Shown: positions 1 to 9,618, counted from the stretch's first letter. The stretch: DNA of 28,414 bases from a virus (IMGVR_UViG_3300030372_000536:1-28414), one strand, 5' to 3'. Numbers and translations: made by a program. Notes: a model not told the origin generated them from the sequence alone.

Positions 1-466
1 GTTTTCTTGTTAGTGCTGGTTTATCTGCACTAAATTTATTAGTATTAACAGGTGCATCCGCTGGACTTTCTGCTAATTCAGTTTTAAGTTTTTCGTTTTC
101 AGCTTTTAATTTCTTAATTTCATCTTCTGCTGAAAATTCAACTACTTCAGTTGTTTTAATTGTTTTAGGATTTTTAGATGGTTCAGTAGTTTCTTCAACA
201 GTTTCTTCTGTCATTTCTTCTACATCTCCTGTTTCTCCTATTTCTCTTTTAAGATCTGCTACTGCATCTTCTAGGTTTTTGATTCTTTTCTCCATACCTT
301 TCCAATCAGCTACATCAGCTTCTTCATCATAATCATCCTTATCTTCTTCTGCTAATTCTTCAGCAGTATCTTCTTCTTCTGTTTCTGATTCTATAACTTC
401 ACCAACAATACCTTCTTCTTCAACTCTAAAAGATACGCCTGTGTCAAGTTTATAAGTTCCTGGTGG
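1..466. repeat. Imperfect terminal direct repeat, left copy (partner 27943-28414)
   Basis: Manual alignment: first 79 and last 77 bp identical; about 20 substitutions plus a short variable patch with a net 6-bp indel in between. Confidence 0.97.
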
Positions 467-637
467 TAATGCTATTGTAGTTCCATCTTCAGTTAATACT
501 GAAATGTCTACACCTGCTTCTAATTCTTCAGCAGTAGATACTATTATAGTACCATCTTCTGTTTTAGCTTGAAAGCCTAATACTACTTCTTCTGTATCAA
601 GTCCTAAAGCTATTTTGATTTGTTTTTTTATGTCCAT
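1..637 (-). CDS. Capsid scaffolding protein, N-terminal part (runs off the window edge; ~229 aa when circularised)
   Basis: ATG at 637 opens MDIKKQIKIALGLDTEEVVLGFQAKTEDGTIIVS..., open to position 1. Very acidic with a C-terminal coiled coil; lies between protease and MCP on the circle. Absent from the ORF track because truncated. Confidence 0.8.
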   Translation of the reverse strand, partial: MDIKKQIKIALGLDTEEVVLGFQAKTEDGTIIVSTAEELEAGVDISVLTEDGTTIALPPGTYKLDTGVSFRVEEEGIVGEVIESETEEEDTAEELAEEDKDDYDEEADVADWKGMEKRIKNLEDAVADLKREIGETGDVEEMTEETVEETTEPSKNPKTIKTTEVVEFSAEDEIKKLKAENEKLKTELAESPADAPVNTNKFSADKPALTRK

Positions 638-665
638 AATATTTATCTTAAATTTAAGTTTATAA

Positions 666-695
666 TATATAATAGAATATCTATTCTTTTATTTG
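666..695 (-). promoter_or_regulatory. Putative late promoter 1 (CAAAT-N15-CTATTATATA) upstream of scaffold/MCP
   Basis: One of five copies with the same spacing. Confidence 0.75.
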
Positions 696-706
696 ATTTT
701 TGAATT

Positions 707-1708
707 TTAAAATGGTAAATCATTAATAAAACCAAAATCTAAAGATTTTAATGTAGAATTTAATTTATCTATTTCACTTAATTGTGACGAAATTACTTTG
801 TTATCTAATCCTAAATCTTTTAATTGTTTTTCAATTGTTGAAGCGGTTTTTTTACTTTTAGACAATAAAGATTTTGATTCTTTTATCTTTTCTTTAGAAA
901 AATCTATAAGACCTTTCATGTCTTTTCTTTTTTTGTCTGCTTTTGCTTTTAAGTCAATATATTGACCTGACAATTTATTTACTTCATTATTATCTTTTTC
1001 GGCTGCTTTATGTAATCTTTCTGCACTTTCTACTTCTTTTCTTGCTTTTTCTACATCTTTTTTTAAGTCATCAATAATACCTAATTCAACCTTTTGTGGT
1101 TTATTAGATTCTTGTATTATCTCATTTAAAGCTGTTAGTATTTCTTGGTCTGTAGGTTGTGTTTCTGACATCTTTTGCATTTTATCTACAAAGTACCCTT
1201 CTATACTTAGTCCTTTCAATTCTCCATCTTTTATCTTTTGCCATAAATCATCATTATCTATACGCATCTTAACAAACCACGTTCCATTTGGCAGGTCATA
1301 TCCATACATTTTAGATTTGTCTTGGTCACCTTCTTTTATCCAGCTTTCTGTAGTTAATACACCAGATACTCTTTCATTATGTTCATACGTTGCTTTATGG
1401 TGATTGTTATGCTTTAGATATAACTCACTAGCTTTTCTTACTGTATCTTTACTAAAGTACACATAATACTCACTATCAGTATTAGGATCATATCTAAATA
1501 TTTGTTTGTTAGGTATTAGTGCTGGACTAACTAACATACGTTTTTCTTCATCTACTTTTGCAAATGTAAGATTGTGTTTTTCTTTTCCAAAAAATACAAA
1601 GTCCTGTTCTATTGCTGGTGCTGATACTAAACTAATAGCATCTATTGCTAACATTTCGTTGTTTTCTTCTATAACTAATTCAACTATTTTTGTAGGTTTC
1701 TTTTTCAT
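707..1708 (-). CDS. Prohead (maturation) protease, XkdF-like, with C-terminal coiled-coil extension
   Basis: AISLVSAPAIE, PALIPNKQIFR, TYEH, ESW, LPNGTWFVKM and KGLSIEG motifs typical of XkdF-like phage serine proteases; directly upstream of scaffold and MCP. Confidence 0.8.
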   Translation of the reverse strand: MKKKPTKIVELVIEENNEMLAIDAISLVSAPAIEQDFVFFGKEKHNLTFAKVDEEKRMLVSPALIPNKQIFRYDPNTDSEYYVYFSKDTVRKASELYLKHNNHHKATYEHNERVSGVLTTESWIKEGDQDKSKMYGYDLPNGTWFVKMRIDNDDLWQKIKDGELKGLSIEGYFVDKMQKMSETQPTDQEILTALNEIIQESNKPQKVELGIIDDLKKDVEKARKEVESAERLHKAAEKDNNEVNKLSGQYIDLKAKADKKRKDMKGLIDFSKEKIKESKSLLSKSKKTASTIEKQLKDLGLDNKVISSQLSEIDKLNSTLKSLDFGFINDLPF

Positions 1709-1709
1709 A

Positions 1710-2357
1710 TTATATTAAAGCGGTTAATTGGTCTAATACTTTTGTAGCTTGTGCAGTAGGTAATTTAACTCCTAATTCTTTTGCAGCTTTTTCTAATTTG
1801 TCTAGGTTCTTTCTTAATGTAGTTGCTAATTTAGAACCCTTTGATTTTTCTTTATCAAAAATACCTGTTGATTTTTTAATTTCATCATCAAGTTCTACCA
1901 ATCTTTTCATTGACCTATCTAATTCTTCTTCTGCGTCATCATAATTTACTTGTGCTTTTTCATATTTATCTTGCAAATCAAAATATTTATCTGCTGCTTT
2001 TCTTGAATTATCTTTTTTCTTCTCTCTATCTTTTGAAGCCTTTTCGCTTAATTTTCCAATAGAATCAATTCTTTTCTTTTGTTCTTTTAATTTAGATAAT
2101 ATTTCTTTGGCTTGTAAAGTTTGTTTCTCTACATCATCTGCCAAACCTAACTCTACTCTATATGTAGCACTTAAATTAAATTCTTTTAATTCTTTTTCGT
2201 ATTCTGCATAGGTCTTTTTACCTAATGGTGTTGGTGTGTTTTTCATATCACTATATTTTTTAGGATTAGCTTTTTCACATTCGTCTTTAGTGGCATACTT
2301 ACATTCTCCTGTATTACCATACTTATATTTTCCGTCTTTACATTTTTTACAAGGCAT
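1710..2357 (-). CDS. Hypothetical head-associated protein: Cys-rich N-terminus plus VELG-led coiled coil
   Basis: MPCKKC...C...C N-terminus; RVELGLADD...EKAAKELG domain resembles the protease C-terminal domain; follows late promoter 2. Confidence 0.7.
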   Translation of the reverse strand: MPCKKCKDGKYKYGNTGECKYATKDECEKANPKKYSDMKNTPTPLGKKTYAEYEKELKEFNLSATYRVELGLADDVEKQTLQAKEILSKLKEQKKRIDSIGKLSEKASKDREKKKDNSRKAADKYFDLQDKYEKAQVNYDDAEEELDRSMKRLVELDDEIKKSTGIFDKEKSKGSKLATTLRKNLDKLEKAAKELGVKLPTAQATKVLDQLTALI

Positions 2358-2359
2358 AT

Positions 2360-2389
2360 TATATAATAGATTAAATTAATATTTATTTG
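2360..2389 (-). promoter_or_regulatory. Putative late promoter 2
   Basis: CAAAT-N15-CTATTATATA, 2 nt before the ATG at 2357. Confidence 0.75.
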
Positions 2390-2393
2390 ATTT

Positions 2394-3836
2394 TTAAATT
2401 GTACTTCTTCTTCTAATTGTTGCTAACTTGTCTTGAGTGTTGGTCATATCGTCTGCTACTACAAATGCTTGTACAGGTTCTGGTTTACTTACACCGCTAA
2501 GATCAAAAGCACCACTTGTCATTTCTGGAGCTGGTGTTGCTGCACTCATACCTCCACCTCCACCTGCACCACCAACATCTGTAGACATTATTTTTCTTAC
2601 GTTAGCTAATCCAGATGCTATAATTGCTGCACCTGTAACAAATCCTAATGTACCTCCTTGTGCAAAAGCTTTATTTGCACCTACATATGTGTCAATAATT
2701 GCTTGTGCAACTGCTAACTCTTTATTTTCTCCTGCTAAAGCACTTAATGCACCTGCTAACTGACCATATGCTGATAATTGAGCATTGGCATTATCTATTG
2801 CAAGTTGTGTAGCTTCTTTATTAAATTCTGCTTGTTCTCTTTCTAATGATACTTGATTAACTAATTGTTCAGATTTGAATCCTGTTATTTGTGCTAATAC
2901 TGCTTCTTTTTCTGTTTCTGCTTGTATTAATGCTATCTTATTTTCATCACTTCCATTTTTATCTTTTTGTGCTTGAGCTGCTTTTACTATTGCTTCTGCA
3001 TTTGCTAACATAAGTTTTTCTTGTTCTTGTAATATAACACCTAACTTTTCATTAGCTTCTATCCTTTGTTCAAATGTTTTACTTTCATCATCACGTATTT
3101 GCCTTTGTAATTCTGCTTCCCTGTCTTTTTGCTCTATTATTTTTTGATTTTTTACTGCTGCTAATTCTGCTGCTTTATTAAGTTCTACTATTGATTTTGC
3201 AGCGTCTAATGTAGACTTTGCATAATCTTTAATTTTATTAGTAACCTTTGTTATTGTTTCCTCCATCTTTACAGTTTCCTCAACGTTACCTGTTAGAGTA
3301 TCTTTAAAGTTTGCTAATGCTTCTGTAGATGATGTTAATGCACCTTCAAAATCCCCTTTAAATAGTTGTATTAACCCTTTACCTAATAAACCAACCCCTT
3401 CAATAAGATTTTTTATTCTAGTTATAATCTCTACACTAAGCATCTTACCAAATTGTAATACCTGTTGTACTGCTGTATTTCCAAACAGCTTATCCATAAC
3501 ACTTGTTGCAGTATTAACATTGTTTTCTAAGAATTTAAAAAAGTCATTAAATACAATACTTAAAAATTCCATAGCACCATTAAATGTATCTAACACTTTT
3601 TGATTTTGTCTAAATACATCTAAGAGTTTAGCAAACAATCCAACTACAAGACCAATACCTGCTGCTTTTAAGGCATTTCCAATACCTTTGATAGCTTTAC
3701 CCATGCCTTGAAATCCTTTTGTACCATCATCCGTTGCTTTTGATAGTTTCTCGGTATTATCTGCTGCCTTTTCTATACCATCTGCTACTTCTCCTATATT
3801 TGATTTTACTTCTGCTTCTATTACTTCTTTAGCCAT
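2394..3836 (-). CDS. Tail tape measure protein (short, 480 aa)
   Basis: Ala/Gly/Lys-rich helical protein with hydrophobic stretches (LKAAGIGLVVGLF; GFVTGAAIIASGL), a long coiled coil and a PVQAFVV C-terminal motif; in the tail module. Confidence 0.7.
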   Translation of the reverse strand: MAKEVIEAEVKSNIGEVADGIEKAADNTEKLSKATDDGTKGFQGMGKAIKGIGNALKAAGIGLVVGLFAKLLDVFRQNQKVLDTFNGAMEFLSIVFNDFFKFLENNVNTATSVMDKLFGNTAVQQVLQFGKMLSVEIITRIKNLIEGVGLLGKGLIQLFKGDFEGALTSSTEALANFKDTLTGNVEETVKMEETITKVTNKIKDYAKSTLDAAKSIVELNKAAELAAVKNQKIIEQKDREAELQRQIRDDESKTFEQRIEANEKLGVILQEQEKLMLANAEAIVKAAQAQKDKNGSDENKIALIQAETEKEAVLAQITGFKSEQLVNQVSLEREQAEFNKEATQLAIDNANAQLSAYGQLAGALSALAGENKELAVAQAIIDTYVGANKAFAQGGTLGFVTGAAIIASGLANVRKIMSTDVGGAGGGGGMSAATPAPEMTSGAFDLSGVSKPEPVQAFVVADDMTNTQDKLATIRRRSTI

Positions 3837-3838
3837 AA

Positions 3839-4726
3839 TTAAAATGTTGTTTCTGAAATAACCTCATGTAATGTTACTGAGGCACTCCATAAGTTATGTA
3901 CATTATTTCTATCTTGTACGTTTACTGATATTGATTTTAAGCTACTTGTAGATGTATCTACCATTATACAAGTACCATTCTGTCCTATTTTTGCTATATT
4001 CCTACTAAACCCTACTACAAATGCCATATTATAACTATCATCTATTTGTACTGCACCTCTTATATTTCTATATGAGTAATTACCAGCAGTTCCTGATGAC
4101 CCACCAAGTTCTAATCTAGTTATGTAAATATCATATCCTATAATTGAATTATTCTTAACATTAATAAAACTAGATCCATCTCCTTGTACTGTTAAATTTG
4201 TAGCAGTATTATCTATTGTAACACCTGATAATTCTATTGTTGATGATTGCCTTCTACTATTAAAAGTTGCTGCACTTGTACTATCTGTGAGTGTTCTTTG
4301 TCCTCCTCCTGCTGTTACAACTTCTCCTTTTCTTGTTACTATTGCTCTTGAGCCACCTAATATAGATGAATTATTAAATCCATTTTCTATTTCATGTTCA
4401 GAACCTAACATAAAATTGTTGCTATTTTTCCCTTTATTAATGTTTTTTGTTCCTACTATAAAGCTATTCTGTGATCCAGATTCAGCACCATTACCTGTGC
4501 CTAAATTCATTTGACTTCTTGTTTCACTTGTTATAACCATTTCTGGATTAGCAGCAAATGCACTACAAGTTCCTGTTGCTACATTATATCTATATCCATA
4601 AGCTTCACAAGTTCTTTGGTCTGCTATTAATCCCGTAGAAGTACCATCTGTAAAAGTAACAGTACCCATCTGACTAATTGAATCGGGTGTTAATGTAAAT
4701 CCTGTTTTTGTTAATATTTTTGTCAT
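3839..4726 (-). CDS. Tail tip/fibre-like structural protein
   Basis: Ser/Thr/Asn/Gly-rich beta character with short NxxxG-type repeats; translationally coupled to the hub gene. Confidence 0.5.
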   Translation of the reverse strand: MTKILTKTGFTLTPDSISQMGTVTFTDGTSTGLIADQRTCEAYGYRYNVATGTCSAFAANPEMVITSETRSQMNLGTGNGAESGSQNSFIVGTKNINKGKNSNNFMLGSEHEIENGFNNSSILGGSRAIVTRKGEVVTAGGGQRTLTDSTSAATFNSRRQSSTIELSGVTIDNTATNLTVQGDGSSFINVKNNSIIGYDIYITRLELGGSSGTAGNYSYRNIRGAVQIDDSYNMAFVVGFSRNIAKIGQNGTCIMVDTSTSSLKSISVNVQDRNNVHNLWSASVTLHEVISETTF

Positions 4727-7584
4727 TATGGTAGTAGTATAAATTCAACAGTTGATAAAGCATTAGGTTTATAGTCAATCTTATTAACTCTATATGTTCT
4801 ATTTTTAATCATTACCTTATCTCTAAAATCAAAGGTGTTTATATCAGCAGCATTAAGATTAACCTGTACTGTCATGATTCTAGTATTCCTATTATATAAT
4901 TCATCAAAATAAGGAGCATGATAAACAGTATATAAATTATAGATAGGTTGCGTTAACCCTACAACTCCAGGAAAAACAGGGCATGAGCCAAAATTATAAT
5001 CTTGTGACGTGTCATCTGCAGGTAATGATGGGCTAAAGTGAGAGAATTGTAAATATTCAGTTTTAACTCCTCCTGCTACACCATTTTGTCCTGGTACATC
5101 AAAATTTTCAGATACCTTACCATTATTGTATAAGATTCTAGGTAAGTTAGATATGGCACTAAATGTGACTTCATCCTGTGCTCCATATATTACAGGAATT
5201 AAAAAATTAGGGAAATTATCTTGTATAGGTTTTATAATAGTAGGAGCAAATGGTTCTGCTATAATTTCTTCAATACCTGTAAGATTAGTTACCTGATTTG
5301 TTCCTGGTTGGGCAGTAGAGCCATCAAATTCATAACTACCATATTCAAAACCCTGTGCAGCAGTTTTATACTTTTGTAAAGCATAATCTTCTTCATCATT
5401 TTCATATTTAAATATAACTGACCTTTTTAAATCCATTGGCTTTAAGTCAATTTTAGATATATCCATTTTGTCTGTCCAATCATGCTTAATACTTCGTTCT
5501 TTTAAAGTAGTTCCTGATGTATCACTAATAAATATATCTGCATATGGTTCAAAGATTATATTATTAGGATTAGTAGGGTCTGGCATTGTTATTAAATTAA
5601 ACATTGTCATTATACCATTTAAAAAATCCCATTGTTTTAACTTACCTCTCTCCGTGTTAAAAATCATAGATGTTACGAATTCAGCATTATTATATACTCT
5701 CCCATTTATCCAACTTGTTTTCAATATATCCACATTATCTTGAATAATTGCTGATGCAGTATCAGCTTCCCATTCTATATATAATGTATCTGACCCTGAA
5801 CCTGATTTTCCTAATGGCACATCTGGGTTTAAAGTACTATAATAAAGCTTTGTTTGTCCAGCTGATAAACTAATGTTAGTATCTGCATTAAAATATGTTT
5901 TTGTTCCTACTGCTCCAAATACACCACTAGCATTATTACGTACCCATCTAATGTAATTTACATTTGCTGAACTACCTGTAATATTCTTAAAATATAATCT
6001 AGCTGCTAATCTGTAATACGTATTATCTTGCTGACATACAAAAGTGCTAGATGCTAAATCCCACCCTGTATCAGCGTCAAAATCATCTGGGCTACCATCA
6101 CTTTCAAAATGCCAAGTTGTAGCTGATGTACCTGCATATTTAGTAGGGTCTAACAATCTATAATTCGCACTACCCGTATGGGTAAAATCTACTGCTCCCC
6201 CTTCATTACCCCAATTAAAGTCCATGTATAATTTAGCAAAATCAGAACTATCAAAAAAATCAGATTGAAAAGTATATCCAGCATTTCTTGCTATATTATC
6301 TAATAAATACTTAACACTAATCCACGGTCTAAAAGCATCTTCTAACCTACTTAATTCTGGTTCTGTTTGTGTGCAATCTATTGTTCCTGTCCAATCACAA
6401 AAAGGATATTTTAATACATTCGTTTTATTAGTTGCTAATCCTGATACTAATGCAAAACTATCAGCTGCTAGGTTGTTATTTAATACTATCTCACCCTCCC
6501 AAGACAACGTTATATTAGTATAATTATAAGCATGGTCTAATTCTGATAGATTCAATTCTGCAAATGTCCTTCCTTCTAATGTGTCTTTTAAAGCAATAGT
6601 TTCTGCAAATAGGTTTACGTTATAACTTATCTCTCCATTGTTATCTTTTATTTCTATCAATCTTAATGATCCTTCAAATATTAATAGTCCATTTTGTTTT
6701 AATATTGCCTTAGTTTTTACATATGGATTAAAATCATAAGTAGTTTCTATTGTTTTAGTAACATCAAATATGTGGGTAAATATCTTATTATTTCTTTTAG
6801 TTGCTGGTAAGTCAAAATCTTTAGAATAACTTTGTGTCTTTTCTGCTGCATTTTTAAAATTATCTACACTCAATGTAAGCGGTATATCTTCCTCCTGGTA
6901 TAAATCACATATTACTTGTCCATCTTCTATATTATTATATGTCAAAGGTATATTAGTAGGGTTTTCAGTTACACTTATTTTAGATATAGTTATTGTCTGA
7001 TTTGTAGTGTTGTTATAAGCAACTGACAAATAAGTAAAAGGTACTCCAGATGGTGCAGTAAAATTTAAAGTTGTAGTTGTATTTCCACTTGCTGCTATTA
7101 TAGTAGGTGAATTACCAGATGTTCCTATTGCGGAATCATTAAAATTAACAACTCCGAATCCTTGAAAACCTATTTGAAATTTAGAACCAGCTGGTAAAGT
7201 AGAATGTGTTATTGTCAATGTATATTGTGCTCCTACAGTTAATCCATCTAATCTTTGATATACTCCTGCTAAAGACCCTTCTGCTCCTGTACCTGCACTA
7301 GAGTATAAAGTAAGAGTTTGTGAGTTTGTGCTTATAGTTGGTATAGTTGTGGCACTCCAATCAGCATTTGTAGCATCTGTGTAAAACAATCTCCAATTAC
7401 CAACTGTAGCAGGATAATTAGATAAACCTAAAAATGCCCATGCAGTTCCATATGAAGACATTCCAAATGTATTTATGGCTGCTGATGTAAAAGTTATATT
7501 AGATGCGTATTGGTTTAAATTTTGTGTGCTTGTAAAAGCATAACTATTATAACTTTGTGGGAATAAGATTAACTGTGTACTCAT
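4726..7584 (-). CDS. Large tail-tip/baseplate hub protein with N-terminal carbohydrate-binding-like domain
   Basis: 952 aa; DLYQEEDIPLT...SYSKDFDLPAT..NNKIF core and DFRDKVMIKNRTYRVNKIDY C-terminus resemble Bacteroidota siphovirus tail-tip proteins. Confidence 0.6.
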   Translation of the reverse strand: MSTQLILFPQSYNSYAFTSTQNLNQYASNITFTSAAINTFGMSSYGTAWAFLGLSNYPATVGNWRLFYTDATNADWSATTIPTISTNSQTLTLYSSAGTGAEGSLAGVYQRLDGLTVGAQYTLTITHSTLPAGSKFQIGFQGFGVVNFNDSAIGTSGNSPTIIAASGNTTTTLNFTAPSGVPFTYLSVAYNNTTNQTITISKISVTENPTNIPLTYNNIEDGQVICDLYQEEDIPLTLSVDNFKNAAEKTQSYSKDFDLPATKRNNKIFTHIFDVTKTIETTYDFNPYVKTKAILKQNGLLIFEGSLRLIEIKDNNGEISYNVNLFAETIALKDTLEGRTFAELNLSELDHAYNYTNITLSWEGEIVLNNNLAADSFALVSGLATNKTNVLKYPFCDWTGTIDCTQTEPELSRLEDAFRPWISVKYLLDNIARNAGYTFQSDFFDSSDFAKLYMDFNWGNEGGAVDFTHTGSANYRLLDPTKYAGTSATTWHFESDGSPDDFDADTGWDLASSTFVCQQDNTYYRLAARLYFKNITGSSANVNYIRWVRNNASGVFGAVGTKTYFNADTNISLSAGQTKLYYSTLNPDVPLGKSGSGSDTLYIEWEADTASAIIQDNVDILKTSWINGRVYNNAEFVTSMIFNTERGKLKQWDFLNGIMTMFNLITMPDPTNPNNIIFEPYADIFISDTSGTTLKERSIKHDWTDKMDISKIDLKPMDLKRSVIFKYENDEEDYALQKYKTAAQGFEYGSYEFDGSTAQPGTNQVTNLTGIEEIIAEPFAPTIIKPIQDNFPNFLIPVIYGAQDEVTFSAISNLPRILYNNGKVSENFDVPGQNGVAGGVKTEYLQFSHFSPSLPADDTSQDYNFGSCPVFPGVVGLTQPIYNLYTVYHAPYFDELYNRNTRIMTVQVNLNAADINTFDFRDKVMIKNRTYRVNKIDYKPNALSTVEFILLP

Positions 7585-7585
7585 A

Positions 7586-9082
7586 TTATACTGCTTGTGT
7601 TCTTAAATCTGTATTACGTTCTAAATCTATTGTATATTGTATTAGTTTATCGTTTGCTACTGTTTTTCTTGTAAAGCTAGATGTTGTTACTATTACAGGT
7701 TCTATGTATTTGTTAATAATACCCCCTGTATCATCATCTGAATATTGATTAACTATATAAACTTCTGGACTATTTAACAATTCTTCCATCCATATACTTT
7801 GTACATCATTTAAGTAATCAGTATTTACTTTAATTAATTCTTTAGCATTTACTCTAAAGTTTTTCATACCTCCCTTATATCCATGTGGTCTATAAGATTG
7901 TTTATTCCAACTACCACCTAATTGTGTATATTGAGATTTTTGTGTAGTTAATGACTTTACTGATTTTTGATTAAACGTATAATAATCCCAACCTCCAAAT
8001 TTATTTAGCCATGTTAATCTTATACCTTCATATCCAAATGAATTATCACATATTATATGGATTGTATATAGTTTAGTAATAGATGTTGTATTTGCACCCT
8101 TACCTCTAATTGTATAGTAACTAAGATTTGCGGTTTGTGCTTGAAAATCAGATGACCAATTATTTAAGTTAGCAGGAAATACACCTGCAAATAGATATTT
8201 AGTTGGTGTATAACCGTTGTTATTATGATAACCCCCATTACCTGTATTATTAACTATGTCAAATGTTGATCCTAACTGTACCCCTGCACTATTGTACATT
8301 TTAACTTCTATTACATCTAATCTGCACGTTCCAGATTGAGGTGCTCCTGTTGTAAAGCTTTTATCTACTGCATTAAATGTAGGTATAGTACCATAATCAG
8401 TTAATCTAGCATACAATGTATCTGGGCAATTAGTCAAGAATCTTGATGTAGTAGAATTTTGAATATAGTTAATAGCTGAACCGCCAAAATCAAATCCTGC
8501 ATTTTCTAAATTCCATCCAAAGTTATTAGAGAATGTACCAACATCTAAAGTGTCTGTATGGCTTAAATATCCATTATAAAATAAATAGTTCGGTGTAAAT
8601 TCAAAATCAGCATCTGTATTAACCGCATTAGGTGCAGTTGCATCTGCTCCCAAGTATTCTACCTGAAATTTAATAGACACATATTTCATAGTGTGATTAG
8701 AGAAACAAAATTGGTCAACTAAATGTAATGGAAACTGATTATTTGTAGCAAAATTATTAGTTTTATATTTAGCAGGTGCTGCACCTGGTATAATTGCTAA
8801 CTCATTTCCATCTGGTAAATTATCAGAATTAACAAAGCTTTCTAGTATAGGTCTTAAATCAAACATTCCGACCCCTGCATTATTTGGTGTTGTTTTTAAA
8901 GTTGCTACTAATGTATCTGCACCTCCTAATGTTGAGGCATCAAAACTTACATAAACTGATGCAATAAATTTTACTCTTGTTTGTTGTGTTATTATAGTAT
9001 TTTCCGATACTGCAAATATTACATCTTGTGCAGCTGGAAATGGATTATACTTTGGTTGTTGTTCTAATATTATATTTGCCAT
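7586..9082 (-). CDS. Tail structural protein (distal-tail-like)
   Basis: C-terminal LTWLNKFGGWDYYTF and EELLNSPEVY motifs; sits between neck and hub genes. Confidence 0.55.
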   Translation of the reverse strand: MANIILEQQPKYNPFPAAQDVIFAVSENTIITQQTRVKFIASVYVSFDASTLGGADTLVATLKTTPNNAGVGMFDLRPILESFVNSDNLPDGNELAIIPGAAPAKYKTNNFATNNQFPLHLVDQFCFSNHTMKYVSIKFQVEYLGADATAPNAVNTDADFEFTPNYLFYNGYLSHTDTLDVGTFSNNFGWNLENAGFDFGGSAINYIQNSTTSRFLTNCPDTLYARLTDYGTIPTFNAVDKSFTTGAPQSGTCRLDVIEVKMYNSAGVQLGSTFDIVNNTGNGGYHNNNGYTPTKYLFAGVFPANLNNWSSDFQAQTANLSYYTIRGKGANTTSITKLYTIHIICDNSFGYEGIRLTWLNKFGGWDYYTFNQKSVKSLTTQKSQYTQLGGSWNKQSYRPHGYKGGMKNFRVNAKELIKVNTDYLNDVQSIWMEELLNSPEVYIVNQYSDDDTGGIINKYIEPVIVTTSSFTRKTVANDKLIQYTIDLERNTDLRTQAV

Positions 9083-9618
9083 TAGTTAATTGTTGTTGTT
9101 GTAAAACTATTTCTTATATCTTGTGCTACACTACTTAATAATTCTTTATTAAATTTTCTCATCCCTAACATTAGTGGTCTTTGAAAAAAACTTGTACTTT
9201 TTATACCATCTCTTTTAATCTTATATGCTATTGCATAAGATAATGACTTGTTAGAAATAAATCTACCTGTTTTCTTACTTCTTCCTTTTATACCTCTTGT
9301 CTTTATCCATTTTTCTAACATAGATGGTGGTGGTATTTTATTAGTATATTTATAAGGACTTTCTACTGTCCTATTATCCCACGTCTTATATTGTTGTATT
9401 TTTTTATTCCCACTAACTCCTTTATCTATAAAACTACCATAATCAAACATATAGAAATTTACACTAAATCCTTGATTTGTTTTTTTAACTACAAAACGTA
9501 TAGAATCATATAGTGCTTTAGTTGCATTTTTTTTAGACTTTGATAAATTGCTCTTTGCCTGTTGGACAATATATTTACCAAAACTCTCTAAATACCTTTC
9601 TATATTAGATGTTGCCAT
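9082..9618 (-). CDS. Neck/tail-completion protein (HK97 gp10-like)
   Basis: Basic 178 aa with LYDSIRF, YGSFIDKG and GIKSTSFFQRP motifs. Confidence 0.55.
   Translation of the reverse strand: MATSNIERYLESFGKYIVQQAKSNLSKSKKNATKALYDSIRFVVKKTNQGFSVNFYMFDYGSFIDKGVSGNKKIQQYKTWDNRTVESPYKYTNKIPPPSMLEKWIKTRGIKGRSKKTGRFISNKSLSYAIAYKIKRDGIKSTSFFQRPLMLGMRKFNKELLSSVAQDIRNSFTTTTIN

Noticed and set aside
3839-9082. Diversity-generating retroelement acting on tail genes
   Set aside because: No reverse transcriptase and no TR/VR pair seen; the end-repeat differences are not adenine-specific.
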